NCBI GenBank assembly: GCA_965240465.1
Contig: OZ251219.1
Span: forward strand, 1,504,001 to 1,568,000
Length of the DNA stretch: 64,000 nucleotides
Direction of reading: 5' to 3'
Source: a bacterium
GTDB taxonomy: Bacteria > SAR324 > JACQKK01
Part shown: positions 40,033 through 49,803 of the stretch, piece by piece
Numbering within the stretch: the first letter of the stretch is position 1
How the letters are laid out: every line of letters starts with the position of its first letter
Translations under genes and position numbers: made by a program
The notes under the pieces: generated by a model
Database searches by the model: none
What the model was told of the DNA's origin: nothing
The model's input: the letters and a program-made list of their open reading frames with translations, nothing else

Positions 40033-41145
40033 TCAGCTATGATTAACAGCTCTTATTTCCCCAATAAGGTTATCTATAATCTGTTCGGATACATCTGGGA
40101 CAACTATTATATGTCCGATATCACCTTGGGAAGCAATTTGATATTTTTTCAAAATATCGTCATTTACTTTTTCAAATATTTTTTCAAGTACTACTGTAAT
40201 AGAGTTAGGATTTCTCCAAGCCTTTATTCCGATTTCCGTGAGTTTTTTAATGGCATAATCCGCTACATTAAAACACTTGGACAATTTTTGTTTGAATTCA
40301 TCTATTCCTAATTTATTGATTGCATACCATAAGAACATAGGAGTTACACCATTCCTAGAGCCAGATATAGTGGTATCAACACTAGCAATATACTCAATAG
40401 TTTTTCCAAGATTTTCAATGTTTTCATTTTCTGCTACTACAATTCCACAAGGAATAGGAGAGCCGATGAATTTATGACCACTAATAGCTATACTATTGAT
40501 GCCATCTGGAAAAGTAAATGAAGGAGGATTAGCTACAAATGGCAATATCATCCCACTTAAGGCAGCATCTGCATGGATGTAGTAAGGAACATCCTTGACA
40601 ATTTGCTTAATTTTTTCTATATCGTCCGTAGCCCCCTTCATGGCAGTTCCAATGTTAGCAGAAATTATGGCTGGCTTAGCTGGGGAAGCCGAAATAGCCT
40701 TAGATAGAGCTTGGTAATCTATTTCTCCATTGTGAGTACTGTCTATAACTATGTCATTTACTCTGAGTAATTTGATTATCTTATGCACACTATAATGGGT
40801 ATCTTTAGAGTAATAAACAATGCCATCGGGATATTTCTCTCTAGCCAATAGAAGCCCATAAAGATTGCCTTCAGTACCTCCATTAGTTACATATCCAGAT
40901 GTATTTTCTTCTTTTGCTTTGACCAGTTTTTGGAAGAAATTTACCACCTCTCTTTCGTACTTAAATGTATTCACCTGATAATTACCTTCTACAAAAGGGT
41001 TCCCAATGTTATTAATGGGAAACCTCAATAATGGATACAAATCAGTGTAGTCAAAATCACCGTTACTAGGATATCCAAGAGATAATTTACTATGTATTTC
41101 AAGATTCTTTACCAGATTATCTATCTCTTCTTTTATTTTATCCAT
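40033..41145 (-). CDS. hdc: PLP-dependent group II decarboxylase, histidine decarboxylase-like
   Basis: NNIGNPF, GYVTNGGTEGNLYG, THYSV, HADAALSG, SGHKFIGSPIPCG, SGSRNG; AT-rich. Confidence 0.8.
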   Translation of the reverse strand: MDKIKEEIDNLVKNLEIHSKLSLGYPSNGDFDYTDLYPLLRFPINNIGNPFVEGNYQVNTFKYEREVVNFFQKLVKAKEENTSGYVTNGGTEGNLYGLLLAREKYPDGIVYYSKDTHYSVHKIIKLLRVNDIVIDSTHNGEIDYQALSKAISASPAKPAIISANIGTAMKGATDDIEKIKQIVKDVPYYIHADAALSGMILPFVANPPSFTFPDGINSIAISGHKFIGSPIPCGIVVAENENIENLGKTIEYIASVDTTISGSRNGVTPMFLWYAINKLGIDEFKQKLSKCFNVADYAIKKLTEIGIKAWRNPNSITVVLEKIFEKVNDDILKKYQIASQGDIGHIIVVPDVSEQIIDNLIGEIRAVNHS

Positions 41146-41237
41146 CCATTTCTCCTTATTCTATGAAACATATTTATAGACTTCATAATTTCAATCACTG
41201 TGCATTGTATATTGTCAAACTACAAATTGGGTAAGTT

Positions 41238-42236
41238 TTAATTAAGCTTCTGTTCCCAGTTAAGGGTGTGTTCTACCATCAAAGGAAGAGTGCTCAGGGA
41301 GGGCTGCCAGCCTAACACGTCTTTAATGAGCGAAATATCGGCGATGACAGAGGGGATGTCCCCTTTGCGTAAGGGAGCTTCTTTAGTGGGGAGGGGCTTT
41401 TTAGTTATTTTTTCTGTAGCCCGAACGATTTCTTTAACTGAGCTACCCTGACCAGAACCACAGTTAAATATTCGGGGAGTATCAGGCTTGATTTGATTGT
41501 TGAGCAGCATTTTAATAGCCAATTGATTAGCTTTGGCGACATCCCAAACGTGGACATAATCGCGAATGGCAGAGCCGTCTGGAGTTTCCGATCCCGTGTT
41601 GCAGAGAGGTAGGTACTCTTTTTTGCCCAGTGCGATTTGAGAGATTAACTTCATCAGAGTGAAATTCTTGGAGTTGCAATTACCCGTGCGACCTTTTGGG
41701 TCGGCTCCTGAGACATTAAAATAGCGGAGAGCAATGAAGTTAAGGCCTCCAGCGATATAGGCATCTTGCAACATATTTTCCACCATAAGCTTGGAGTGTC
41801 CATAAGGATTAGGTGGTTTGTGGGAGGTATTTTCCTCTTTGGCAGGTAATTGAATGTGCGATGTATACACAGCCGAAGTAGAAGCAAATAGCAAGTTGGG
41901 AACTCGGTGCTTAAGGCACGATTGTAGCAGGGTAAGGGTAGAACAGAAATTGTTTTGATAATAGAGGAGCGGTTTTTGTACCGATTCAGGAGCCACCAGA
42001 CTAGCAGCCAGATGAATTACCGCTTGAATGCTATGCTTAGTGAAAATACCCTCTAATGTGGGTTCGTTGTCGACATCGCCCTTAACGAATTCAGCTTGGG
42101 GAGGAGTTGGAGTGTTGGCACCTGAGGAGAGGTTATCTAATAGCACTAGATTAAATTCCTCGCTGAGTAACCACGCAGTGTGACTACCAATATAGCCCGC
42201 CCCACCAGTGATGAGAATACTAGGAGTGTTGCCCAT
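41238..42236 (-). CDS. galE: UDP-glucose 4-epimerase
   Basis: TGGAGYIGSH, YGHSK, LRYFNVSGA, DGSAIRDYVHV; start set at ATG 42236. Confidence 0.9.
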   Translation of the reverse strand: MGNTPSILITGGAGYIGSHTAWLLSEEFNLVLLDNLSSGANTPTPPQAEFVKGDVDNEPTLEGIFTKHSIQAVIHLAASLVAPESVQKPLLYYQNNFCSTLTLLQSCLKHRVPNLLFASTSAVYTSHIQLPAKEENTSHKPPNPYGHSKLMVENMLQDAYIAGGLNFIALRYFNVSGADPKGRTGNCNSKNFTLMKLISQIALGKKEYLPLCNTGSETPDGSAIRDYVHVWDVAKANQLAIKMLLNNQIKPDTPRIFNCGSGQGSSVKEIVRATEKITKKPLPTKEAPLRKGDIPSVIADISLIKDVLGWQPSLSTLPLMVEHTLNWEQKLN

Positions 42237-42396
42237 AATAATGCAATTCTGTGTGTTTTTATGATACAAGCAGGCTAATAAGACACCTTCAGCCTGTGGC
42301 ACAAGACAAGGCCAAGTTAACATTGTGATGATTAGTGCATTAATAATTATATGAGATATGGCTCATTCAATCTATCAAGCCTAAGCACCAAGAGGA

Positions 42397-43341
42397 GTGA
42401 AACAACAAACCATGATAAAAGCAAGCAAACAGCAGAAGATTTGTGTAGTGATACCAGCCTTTAATGAAGAAGGGAACATTTCTTTAGTAGCCGAAGGATT
42501 GCTGGAGGTACTAAAAAAGGAAAGATTTGAGATCATTGTTGTGGATGATGGTTCTGGTGATCAAACGGCAGAAATGGTGCGAAAGATTAGTCTTAAGGAT
42601 CCTCGGGTACGATTGGTGCAATTGTCCAGAAATTTTGGTCACATATCTGCATTGTCGGCAGGCTTAGAGCGAGTTTCTGATGCAGATGTGGTCATCATAA
42701 TGGATGCCGATTTGCAACATCCTCCTCAGACTATAACCCAAATGCTTGAGTATTGGCGAAAGGGTTTTTTGGTGGTCAGAATGCAGCGTAAAAATTATGC
42801 CCATCCCCCCATAAAGATTCTTTTATCAAAGCTGTTTTACTGGACAACAAAACGGATGCTAACTTATCCTCCAGTCCCTAGATCTCCCGAATTTATGCTA
42901 CTTGATAAGCAAGTAATCGCCACTCTGCTAAAATTAAAAGACAAAAACTTCACCCTGCGAAGCGTCGTCAGCTGGCTCGGATACAAAACTTTAGTCCTAC
43001 CTTTTCAAGAACAACCACGCCATTCAGGAAAAAGCGGCTATTCATTGGCTAAATCCATTAGCATGACCTTTAGCACCCTGTTTTATCTTACCACTACCCC
43101 ACTAAAATTAGGCTTCTTACTGGGTTCAATCGGAATCATTGCCTCATTAGCTCTGGTAGGATGGGTAGTCTTGGGAAATACCACCCAAAATCTCCTACAA
43201 ATATGGATCCTCACCCTAATCACCTTTCTAGCCTCTATTCAACTAATCGTGCTGGGTGTTATCGGAGCTTATCTAGGGGTCGTAGTTAAAAACATCAGAC
43301 ATATACCGCCTTACATCGTACTGGATGAAGATACTCAGTAA
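42397..43341 (+). CDS. GT2 polyprenol-phosphate glycosyltransferase (ArnC/GtrB-like)
   Basis: VIPAFNEE, VDDGSGD, SRNFGH, MDADLQHPP, two C-terminal TM segments. Confidence 0.9.
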   Translation: MKQQTMIKASKQQKICVVIPAFNEEGNISLVAEGLLEVLKKERFEIIVVDDGSGDQTAEMVRKISLKDPRVRLVQLSRNFGHISALSAGLERVSDADVVIIMDADLQHPPQTITQMLEYWRKGFLVVRMQRKNYAHPPIKILLSKLFYWTTKRMLTYPPVPRSPEFMLLDKQVIATLLKLKDKNFTLRSVVSWLGYKTLVLPFQEQPRHSGKSGYSLAKSISMTFSTLFYLTTTPLKLGFLLGSIGIIASLALVGWVVLGNTTQNLLQIWILTLITFLASIQLIVLGVIGAYLGVVVKNIRHIPPYIVLDEDTQ

Positions 43342-43359
43342 CCACAAGGCAAAAAATAA

Positions 43360-44253
43360 ATGCCAAAAATTAAATTCCAATATGTCCGCCACGGACCCCC
43401 AGAAACTCTGCTCGCATTCCTTACCAACCGTTTTAAGTACCATCCCCAAAATATCTGGTATGAACTCATCTTCAATAAACAAGTGGTCGTTAATAATCAA
43501 CCAACCTCCCCGCAACATATCCTCAAATCCACTGAACTAATCATCTACCAAAGACCCTACTTCCCTGAACCCCACGTAAATAAACAATTCCAAATCATCT
43601 ACCAAGACAAAGATCTGTTGGCAGTCAGTAAGTCCAATAACATCCCTACCTCCCCCTCAGGAAAATACTGGCATAACTCCTTGATACACGTCCTCCAAAA
43701 TGAACTAAATGCAAAAAATCTGCGTGCCATCCATCGCCTAGACCGAGAAACCAGCGGAGTAAATCTCTTCGCCTTCGGGAAAGAAAATGCTGCTATCCTT
43801 TGTCGGGCATTTCAGCAAAAGCAAGTCCGTAAAACTTATGCAGCACTGCTTAAAGGACATATCCGCCAAAAACGCACTCAGGTTGATATCCCCATCACTG
43901 CCGATCCCCACAGCCAAATTCACATAAAACAAGCCGTCTGCTATAATGGTAAACCCAGTAAAACAAACTTCTACCTAGTACGTCTAGTCCAAGAAAATAC
44001 CCTCGCCCATATTAGACCACTCACTGGCAGAACCCACCAAATACGCGTACACGCAGCTCATATAGGACATCCCGTACTCCACGATAAACTATACAGCCAA
44101 AACGAAAATGACTTCCTCCAATCCCTTAAACCCTCCTCATCGCCCAACTCCCCTAAACATCAACTCCACGCCCTTAGGCTACAACTCCAACATCCTAGAA
44201 CCAAACGGCAAATTACCTTTCAGGATACCTCGGCAACTATTTGCAATTTATAG
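43360..44253 (+). CDS. RluA-family pseudouridine synthase
   Basis: HRLDRETSG, TGRTHQIRVH, LHA. Confidence 0.93.
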   Translation: MPKIKFQYVRHGPPETLLAFLTNRFKYHPQNIWYELIFNKQVVVNNQPTSPQHILKSTELIIYQRPYFPEPHVNKQFQIIYQDKDLLAVSKSNNIPTSPSGKYWHNSLIHVLQNELNAKNLRAIHRLDRETSGVNLFAFGKENAAILCRAFQQKQVRKTYAALLKGHIRQKRTQVDIPITADPHSQIHIKQAVCYNGKPSKTNFYLVRLVQENTLAHIRPLTGRTHQIRVHAAHIGHPVLHDKLYSQNENDFLQSLKPSSSPNSPKHQLHALRLQLQHPRTKRQITFQDTSATICNL

Positions 44254-44261
44254 GCAGGTGG

Positions 44262-44306
44262 TGCTTCGCAATGATACTTGATACTTCGCAATTGATGCTT
44301 CGCAAT
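44262..44306. repeat. Degenerate ~14-bp repeat (TGAT(A/G)CTTCGCAAT), 3 copies
   Basis: Read directly. Confidence 0.75.
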
Positions 44307-44344
44307 AAATATCCTCACTTTAGGAAGCTAAATAATAAATCCCT

Positions 44345-44372
44345 TGTCAGGAGGGCGTCTTCCCTCCTGACA
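44345..44372. other. Perfect 11-bp stem-loop (terminator-like or REP-like)
   Basis: TGTCAGGAGGG-cgtctt-CCCTCCTGACA; no immediately adjacent U tract. Confidence 0.6.
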
Positions 44373-44566
44373 CGGTCTTGGCAGGGTGGGTATGCCCCGC
44401 GCACTGGCCAATGTGTCCTCATTTATAAACCTGAATTGTTGATGAATAATCATTGTATATCTGCATTAGCGGTCTTAAAAAGCATTTATTTTTTTCTTCT
44501 GTTATAAAGATAACAACTATTGAAAATGCAGTTGTGAGTATCGCATGGCAATTCTATGAGGAAATT

Positions 44567-44719
44567 GTGAGGTATTCCTCGCAAAAAAGCAGTGAGGTAT
44601 CCCTCGCAAAAAAGCAGTGAGGTATTCCTCGCAAAAAAGCAGTGAGGTATTCCTCGCAAAAAAGCAGTGAGGTATTCCTCGCAAAAAAGCAGTGAGGTAT
44701 TCCTCACGAAAAAGCAGTG
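44567..44719. repeat. 25-bp tandem repeat (GTGAGGTATTCCTCGCAAAAAAGCA), 6 copies, each with an internal hairpin
   Basis: Copies start at 44567, 44592, 44617, 44642, 44667 and 44692. Confidence 0.96.
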
Positions 44720-44752
44720 CAGTTTTGCTCCAGATAAGGTGAGTACCCAGCT

Positions 44753-45739
44753 ATGAAGAATGTCGCTAAGAAATATCGCGGTTCGGAGTTTGAATGGATA
44801 ACGCGTTTGGCGAAGTTATCTTCCCAGTCAAGCGGTAGAGATTTACCATCGGGGGCGGTTGGCATAGGCGATGATTGTGCTAGGTGGCCTATGGTAAATA
44901 ACGACCTGCTATTGAGTTGTGATTCAGCGGTATCAGGACGTCATTTTCAGCCAAAGATTTCCCCTTGGGATGCTGTTGGTTGGCGGCTCATATGTGCCAA
45001 TGTCAGTGATATTCTTGCTTGTGGAGGTACTCCTTTGGCGGCTTTGATTGCCATCAAGAGTCCTGTTGTCGTTGCCGATGAGCCTGCCAGTCAGATTATG
45101 GAAGCAGTATATGAGGGGATTAACCAAGCAGCGGTAGCCTACGATTTGCATGTTGTGGGAGGTAATCTTAGTCGGGCAGCGGAGCTGATATTTGATTGTT
45201 TTATGTTGGGAGAAGCCAAGCGTTTTATTGCTCGTTCTGGGGTTCAGGCGGGAGATTGGTTAGCACTAAGCGGCACACTAGGAGAGGCTGAGGCAGGTCG
45301 TTTGGCATTGATAGAAACTCAGTTGCGTGTTCCTTCTGCCTGTGAGAAAGTCCTCATTCAAAAATGGATGCGACCGCAGATACCTATTCACCTAGCGACA
45401 TGGTTACAGCGACATGCCCATGCTGCCATTGACATCAGTGACGGGCTTTCCAGCGAGCTACATCATCTAGCCGAGGCCAGTCATTTAAGATTATGCATTC
45501 AGGGCGGTAGTTTATCTGCGGGGGATCAGCTCCGAACTTGGCTCTGCGAGAAGAAGCGGGATGTTTTGCAATGGTTACTTCACCGCGGGGAGTGCTGGGA
45601 GTTGCTCGTTGCTGGAAGTCCTAAGACGCAAAAATCAGCCGAGCAAGCGGGCTTAGAAATCATTGGATATGCCGAGCATGGCACGGGGGTGCTGCTGGAT
45701 GAGCAACCTCTTTTAGCCCAAGGCTTTACTCATTTCTAA
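44753..45739 (+). CDS. thiL: Thiamine-monophosphate kinase
   Basis: EFEWI, GIGDDCA, NVSDILACGG, DISDGL, terminal FTHF. Confidence 0.92.
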   Translation: MKNVAKKYRGSEFEWITRLAKLSSQSSGRDLPSGAVGIGDDCARWPMVNNDLLLSCDSAVSGRHFQPKISPWDAVGWRLICANVSDILACGGTPLAALIAIKSPVVVADEPASQIMEAVYEGINQAAVAYDLHVVGGNLSRAAELIFDCFMLGEAKRFIARSGVQAGDWLALSGTLGEAEAGRLALIETQLRVPSACEKVLIQKWMRPQIPIHLATWLQRHAHAAIDISDGLSSELHHLAEASHLRLCIQGGSLSAGDQLRTWLCEKKRDVLQWLLHRGECWELLVAGSPKTQKSAEQAGLEIIGYAEHGTGVLLDEQPLLAQGFTHF

Positions 45740-45791
45740 GGAGAACTTGCTTGAGACAATACTTAAAACAGATTAAAGTCTTTTATTTTTT

Positions 45792-46274
45792 TCACATTGT
45801 CTTACAACCAATAGGTAATTTAGAGTATTTTTTTCTAAAATCTTTCAAAATATTTTTTTCTAAAACCTTAACAGAAGGAAAACTATCAGTACCTTCTTTG
45901 TTGAATATTTTATATTTTAGTTTTTTAGGAAAATAAGCATATACTTTAGTGGTTTTACCTAATTTTAATAAACTTTGTAACACGAAGTAATTTGTAGAAC
46001 CACTTGCTTTAGCACCGTTATAATTACGCACCCTATCACGTATTGAACGTATAGAATGACCTATCTTAAAAATTTTACCATCCAATACAAAAATATAAAC
46101 TAATCCTCGCTCATTGATTAATTTATCATCCTTGGAAATAAAGTCCAAACACTCCTCTTTATCATTAGGTACTAGATAACAAATATGCTTAAAATCATCT
46201 TTATAAGTAAATTTTGTGTATTTTATTTCGTTCTTCAATTCATTCATATTTTTAATTATATTTCTTTCTGTCAT
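45792..46274 (-). CDS. GIY-YIG type II restriction endonuclease, Hpy188I-like
   Basis: GLVYIFVLDGKIFKIGHSI, TNYFVLQSLLK, PIGC resemble R.Hpy188I as I recall it; overlaps the MTase 3' end. Confidence 0.8.
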   Translation of the reverse strand: MTERNIIKNMNELKNEIKYTKFTYKDDFKHICYLVPNDKEECLDFISKDDKLINERGLVYIFVLDGKIFKIGHSIRSIRDRVRNYNGAKASGSTNYFVLQSLLKLGKTTKVYAYFPKKLKYKIFNKEGTDSFPSVKVLEKNILKDFRKKYSKLPIGCKTM

Positions 46275-47493
46275 AATATCTCCCGTTAAATTGTTTTATA
46301 ATGTTATTCTCTTTTTTTGAAAACTTAAAATCCTTCCAAACTGGAAATTTTTGTAAGATCCTGATGTTATTAAAATTACCATATCTAGTTATATTATTTA
46401 AGAATTTATAAATGTCATTATCCAATTCTCTTTTAATTTTATCTGCTGATTCTTTTGACTCACACCTAATAAAAGCAATGCTCTGTGTCATCCCGCAATT
46501 GTCAATGAAAGTTTGATATTGATTTGTTAAAGAAATAAAAACCTTCCAACCCACTTGGTATTTATGAGGTATTTTGCTCCACAAAATCTGGGTGGGTGTA
46601 TGTATTATCCTGTATCTAAATAAACTATTTTCTTTATCACTTAAACATTCTGCTTTTGTATATCTGTGTAAATTGCTAGTTGTCTCAACCCTGTATTTCT
46701 GTTTATCAGACAACAATGTCTTACTTAAAATAGCTTGAACAATCTCGGAAAAATATAGAGGGATAAACTTCACATTCTTATCTAATTTAACCCACTCTTT
46801 ACTTTTTATAAAATAATTATTATCAATAGTGAAATATTCCCTATTTTCTTTTTTTTGCAGAATAAACCAAGTAAATGAAGAACCTACTCTTGGAAAATAT
46901 TTCTTAGCTCCGCCTATGTTTATATGGATAAATTGATAATTACTTAATAATTCTGGCAATATATTTCTGTCGGAATATGACTGCCAATTATTAGGGCAAA
47001 TAAAAAGAATATAACCATCTTTCCTAACTACCTCCATTGATTTTCTTATAAAATCCCTAGATAAATTATGATTTTTAGATACCCTTTTATAACCATTGAA
47101 TTTTGCATAAGGGGGATTGGAGACCACTAAATCATATTCTTCTTGTTCTTGAAAAGTTAAAAAATCTCTTTTGAATACTTTAATACCTTTACCAAAAATC
47201 TCGCTTAAATTATTTATTCTCTTTTCATTTATATCATTAAATACCAAATTTTTAATTGCTGTTTTTGTTTGAATATATGAATGGAAATTACCATTGCCAC
47301 AACAACAATCTAAGACTTTAATGCTTTTTCTATTCCATAATTCATTAGGTATAAAATCAACCATTTCTTTTACACAATCCAAAGGAGTGCAAACATCGTT
47401 AGAATTAAAAAAATGAGAAGAATCTTTATCTAATAAATCATAAAAACTTCTTATTTCAGCAAAATTTTTTTTATCTATTTTTTCTAGTTTCAT
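46252..47493 (-). CDS. N6-adenine DNA methyltransferase (gamma class), cognate of the adjacent REase
   Basis: VLDCCCGNGNF (motif I) precedes VSNPPY (motif IV); very AT-rich. Confidence 0.88.
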   Translation of the reverse strand: MKLEKIDKKNFAEIRSFYDLLDKDSSHFFNSNDVCTPLDCVKEMVDFIPNELWNRKSIKVLDCCCGNGNFHSYIQTKTAIKNLVFNDINEKRINNLSEIFGKGIKVFKRDFLTFQEQEEYDLVVSNPPYAKFNGYKRVSKNHNLSRDFIRKSMEVVRKDGYILFICPNNWQSYSDRNILPELLSNYQFIHINIGGAKKYFPRVGSSFTWFILQKKENREYFTIDNNYFIKSKEWVKLDKNVKFIPLYFSEIVQAILSKTLLSDKQKYRVETTSNLHRYTKAECLSDKENSLFRYRIIHTPTQILWSKIPHKYQVGWKVFISLTNQYQTFIDNCGMTQSIAFIRCESKESADKIKRELDNDIYKFLNNITRYGNFNNIRILQKFPVWKDFKFSKKENNIIKQFNGRYYDRKKYN

Positions 47494-47563
47494 AATCTAG
47501 TAATAGTTAATTATATTTTTCATAAATTAAAATATACTAATTGGGTACACTAAAAAATTTTAC

Positions 47564-48688
47564 CTATAAAGGTAAAAAAGAATTCTCATGTCTTTCAAGT
47601 TTCACCCCCAGATATTCAAAAGCTTTGGGAGTAGCAACGCGTCCTCGGGCGGTTTTTTGGATGAATCCTTGTCGGATAAGGAAGGGCTCATAAATTTCTT
47701 GGATGGAATCAGGCGACTCAGAAAGGGCAGCCGAGATGGTGCTTAATCCGACTGGCTTTCCTTGAAATTGCTTGGTTAGGAGGAGCAAGAATTGATGGTC
47801 AAAGTAGTCCAGCCCTAGTTGATCAATACCCATTCTGGCAAGGGATTTATCCACAATTGACTTGTTAATGGCAGAGGATTTTTGAAGCTGCTGAAAGTCC
47901 TGCAGCCTCTTAAGCAAACGATTTACTACCCGTGGAGTTCCTCGGGAACGCTTTGCCAGCACTATGGCGGCCTCCTTTTGGAGCGGGATTTTAAGTATCT
48001 TTGCCGAACGCAGAGCTAAGGTGCAAAGCTCTTGATGAGAGTAGTAATTAAGACGCAAAAGAATGCCAAACCGATCTCGCAAAGGAGCTGTAAGTAATCC
48101 CGCACGAGTGGTAGCTCCCACCAAAGTGAAAGGAGGAATGCTGATACTCACAGTACGTGCCATCGGGCCTTGACCAATTATCAGGTCTAATTTGAAATCC
48201 TCCATGGCACCATAGAGGATTTCCTCTAAGGTGTTTCTCATTCTGTGTATCTCATCAATGAAAAGGATGCCATTCTTGGGAATATTGGTGAGTATCGCAG
48301 CTAAGTCTCCGATTTTTTCAATCACCGGACCCGATACAGAACGTATCGGAACCTGCATCTCATACCCAAGTACACGGGCTAAAGATGTTTTTCCCAACCC
48401 AGGTGGCCCACTGAGTAGAACATGGTCTAGCGGTCGGTTACGCTTTCTGGCAGCCTGTATGTAGACCTTAAGATTTTCACAGATCTCCGACTGCCCAATG
48501 TAATCCCTAAGACGCAAGGGGCGTAACTGAGAAAAAGACTGCAATGCACCAGCTGCAGTGCCATCTGCAGTGCCAACTGGGATGACATCATCGGGAGAGG
48601 ATCGGTAATCCGCCGCGGTATCTGGCTGATCACTCAGCTGCTTGCCATTGGATATATCTACTGATGATTTTGTGATCGGTGCTTCCAT
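47564..48688 (-). CDS. ruvB: Holliday junction branch migration helicase
   Basis: LRPLRLRDYIGQ, GPPGLGKT, FIDEIHR, GATTRAG, SRGTPR. Confidence 0.97.
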   Translation of the reverse strand: MEAPITKSSVDISNGKQLSDQPDTAADYRSSPDDVIPVGTADGTAAGALQSFSQLRPLRLRDYIGQSEICENLKVYIQAARKRNRPLDHVLLSGPPGLGKTSLARVLGYEMQVPIRSVSGPVIEKIGDLAAILTNIPKNGILFIDEIHRMRNTLEEILYGAMEDFKLDLIIGQGPMARTVSISIPPFTLVGATTRAGLLTAPLRDRFGILLRLNYYSHQELCTLALRSAKILKIPLQKEAAIVLAKRSRGTPRVVNRLLKRLQDFQQLQKSSAINKSIVDKSLARMGIDQLGLDYFDHQFLLLLTKQFQGKPVGLSTISAALSESPDSIQEIYEPFLIRQGFIQKTARGRVATPKAFEYLGVKLERHENSFLPL

Positions 48689-48896
48689 GCAGAGATTCGG
48701 GTTCGGGGTTACTTTGGCAGGATATACTGCCCGTCATAAAAATTCAATTGAAAAGATTTAATTGGTATCCTCAAATACTCCAAGAATTAACCTCCAAAAC
48801 AAGGAATGTTGCTTAGTTGTAACACATATCCTATGGTGTTTTTTAATGGTGAATATACGGCTTTACAAATGCCATCCGAGTACAGACAATAAAACC

Positions 48897-48975
48897 CGCT
48901 AGCTATTGTCGCTAGTTATTGCCGCTAGTTATTGTCGCTAGTTATTATCGCTGGTTATTATCGCTGGTTATCATC
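48897..48975. repeat. 13-bp tandem repeat (CGCTAGTTATTGT), 6 copies with progressive variants
   Basis: Read directly. Confidence 0.93.
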
Positions 48976-49029
48976 AATGAGTAAGAAATATCTATGCGAT
49001 TGCAAGGTACGGATGTAGACTAGTTTGAT

Positions 49030-49800
49030 ATGACTTCAATCACCAAGATAATCTTAGTACTAACATTCTGGGGCGGTGTTCTGGCAGGAGGATGCTCATC
49101 TAACGCGGAATTTGCTCCTAGTGGCTCAGAAGTTATTAAATGGCCTAGTGCCAATCGTCAGTCTACTGGGAAAGCACTCAGTGTAGGGGCTGAGGTAGTA
49201 AGTGCAGAAGATGGATCTTTCAGGCTGAAAGGAGTACGCTACGGCTTGCAGAAGGATATAGTCCAGTTTGTGATTGAAGGACGCGACACCCCTAAGCACG
49301 GTTTTGATTATCTGGAAACTCGCTTAAAGCTAAGCCTCATTGAATCGGAGGAGCAACGAATCGCCTTTGCCTTAGGCATTTTAGGGCGTTTCACCGAAAA
49401 TAGTGCCCGAGGTAAAGAACGAATAGATAATCGGAAATCTTCATTGTTCTTGGTTACCACTGCTGAGTTGTATCCGTTCGTCAGTTTGGGAGGAGTACGC
49501 ACCAATTTGTACCTAGATAATCGTGTGTTATCCTTGGGTTTGGAGTATCAGCTTAGTTATGCCATCAAGTTATTGGCAGAGGGCGATTATTTATTCGCGC
49601 GCAAGAAGCGTCTAGAAGACAAGCAAGATGAAGAAGTTCGGGAATCCAGACGGCTGGGTCTGCCCGAGCCAAAAAAAGAACCCATTGATTATAGAGATGC
49701 TCGCGGTGGTTTAGAGATAGCCAATGGAGCCTTTTATGTGCAAATACTGGTAGGCGATGATGCCGATGGAGTTGTCATCCAGACTGGCGGAGGTTTCTAG
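49030..49800 (+). CDS. Hypothetical lipoprotein
   Basis: Lipobox-like LAGGC; beta-strand-like pattern and terminal F. Confidence 0.65.
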   Translation: MTSITKIILVLTFWGGVLAGGCSSNAEFAPSGSEVIKWPSANRQSTGKALSVGAEVVSAEDGSFRLKGVRYGLQKDIVQFVIEGRDTPKHGFDYLETRLKLSLIESEEQRIAFALGILGRFTENSARGKERIDNRKSSLFLVTTAELYPFVSLGGVRTNLYLDNRVLSLGLEYQLSYAIKLLAEGDYLFARKKRLEDKQDEEVRESRRLGLPEPKKEPIDYRDARGGLEIANGAFYVQILVGDDADGVVIQTGGGF

Positions 49801-49803
49801 CAA

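Noticed and set aside
44241-44707. Small ORFs over intergenic arrays (also 14996, 20407, 49797, 52397)
   Set aside because: They are explained by repeat periodicity and show no protein-like features.
44567-44719. CRISPR array or type III antitoxin array
   Set aside because: There are no spacers, and the downstream gene is thiL rather than a ToxN/AbiQ-like toxin.
44254-44752. TPP riboswitch upstream of thiL
   Set aside because: The conserved CUGAGA core and the rest of the TPP consensus are not visible.
41221-47563. Shared AATTGGGTA at the right ends of the two AT-rich inserts as an insertion site
   Set aside because: The match is only 9 bp in AT-rich DNA, with no counterpart at the left ends and no integrase.
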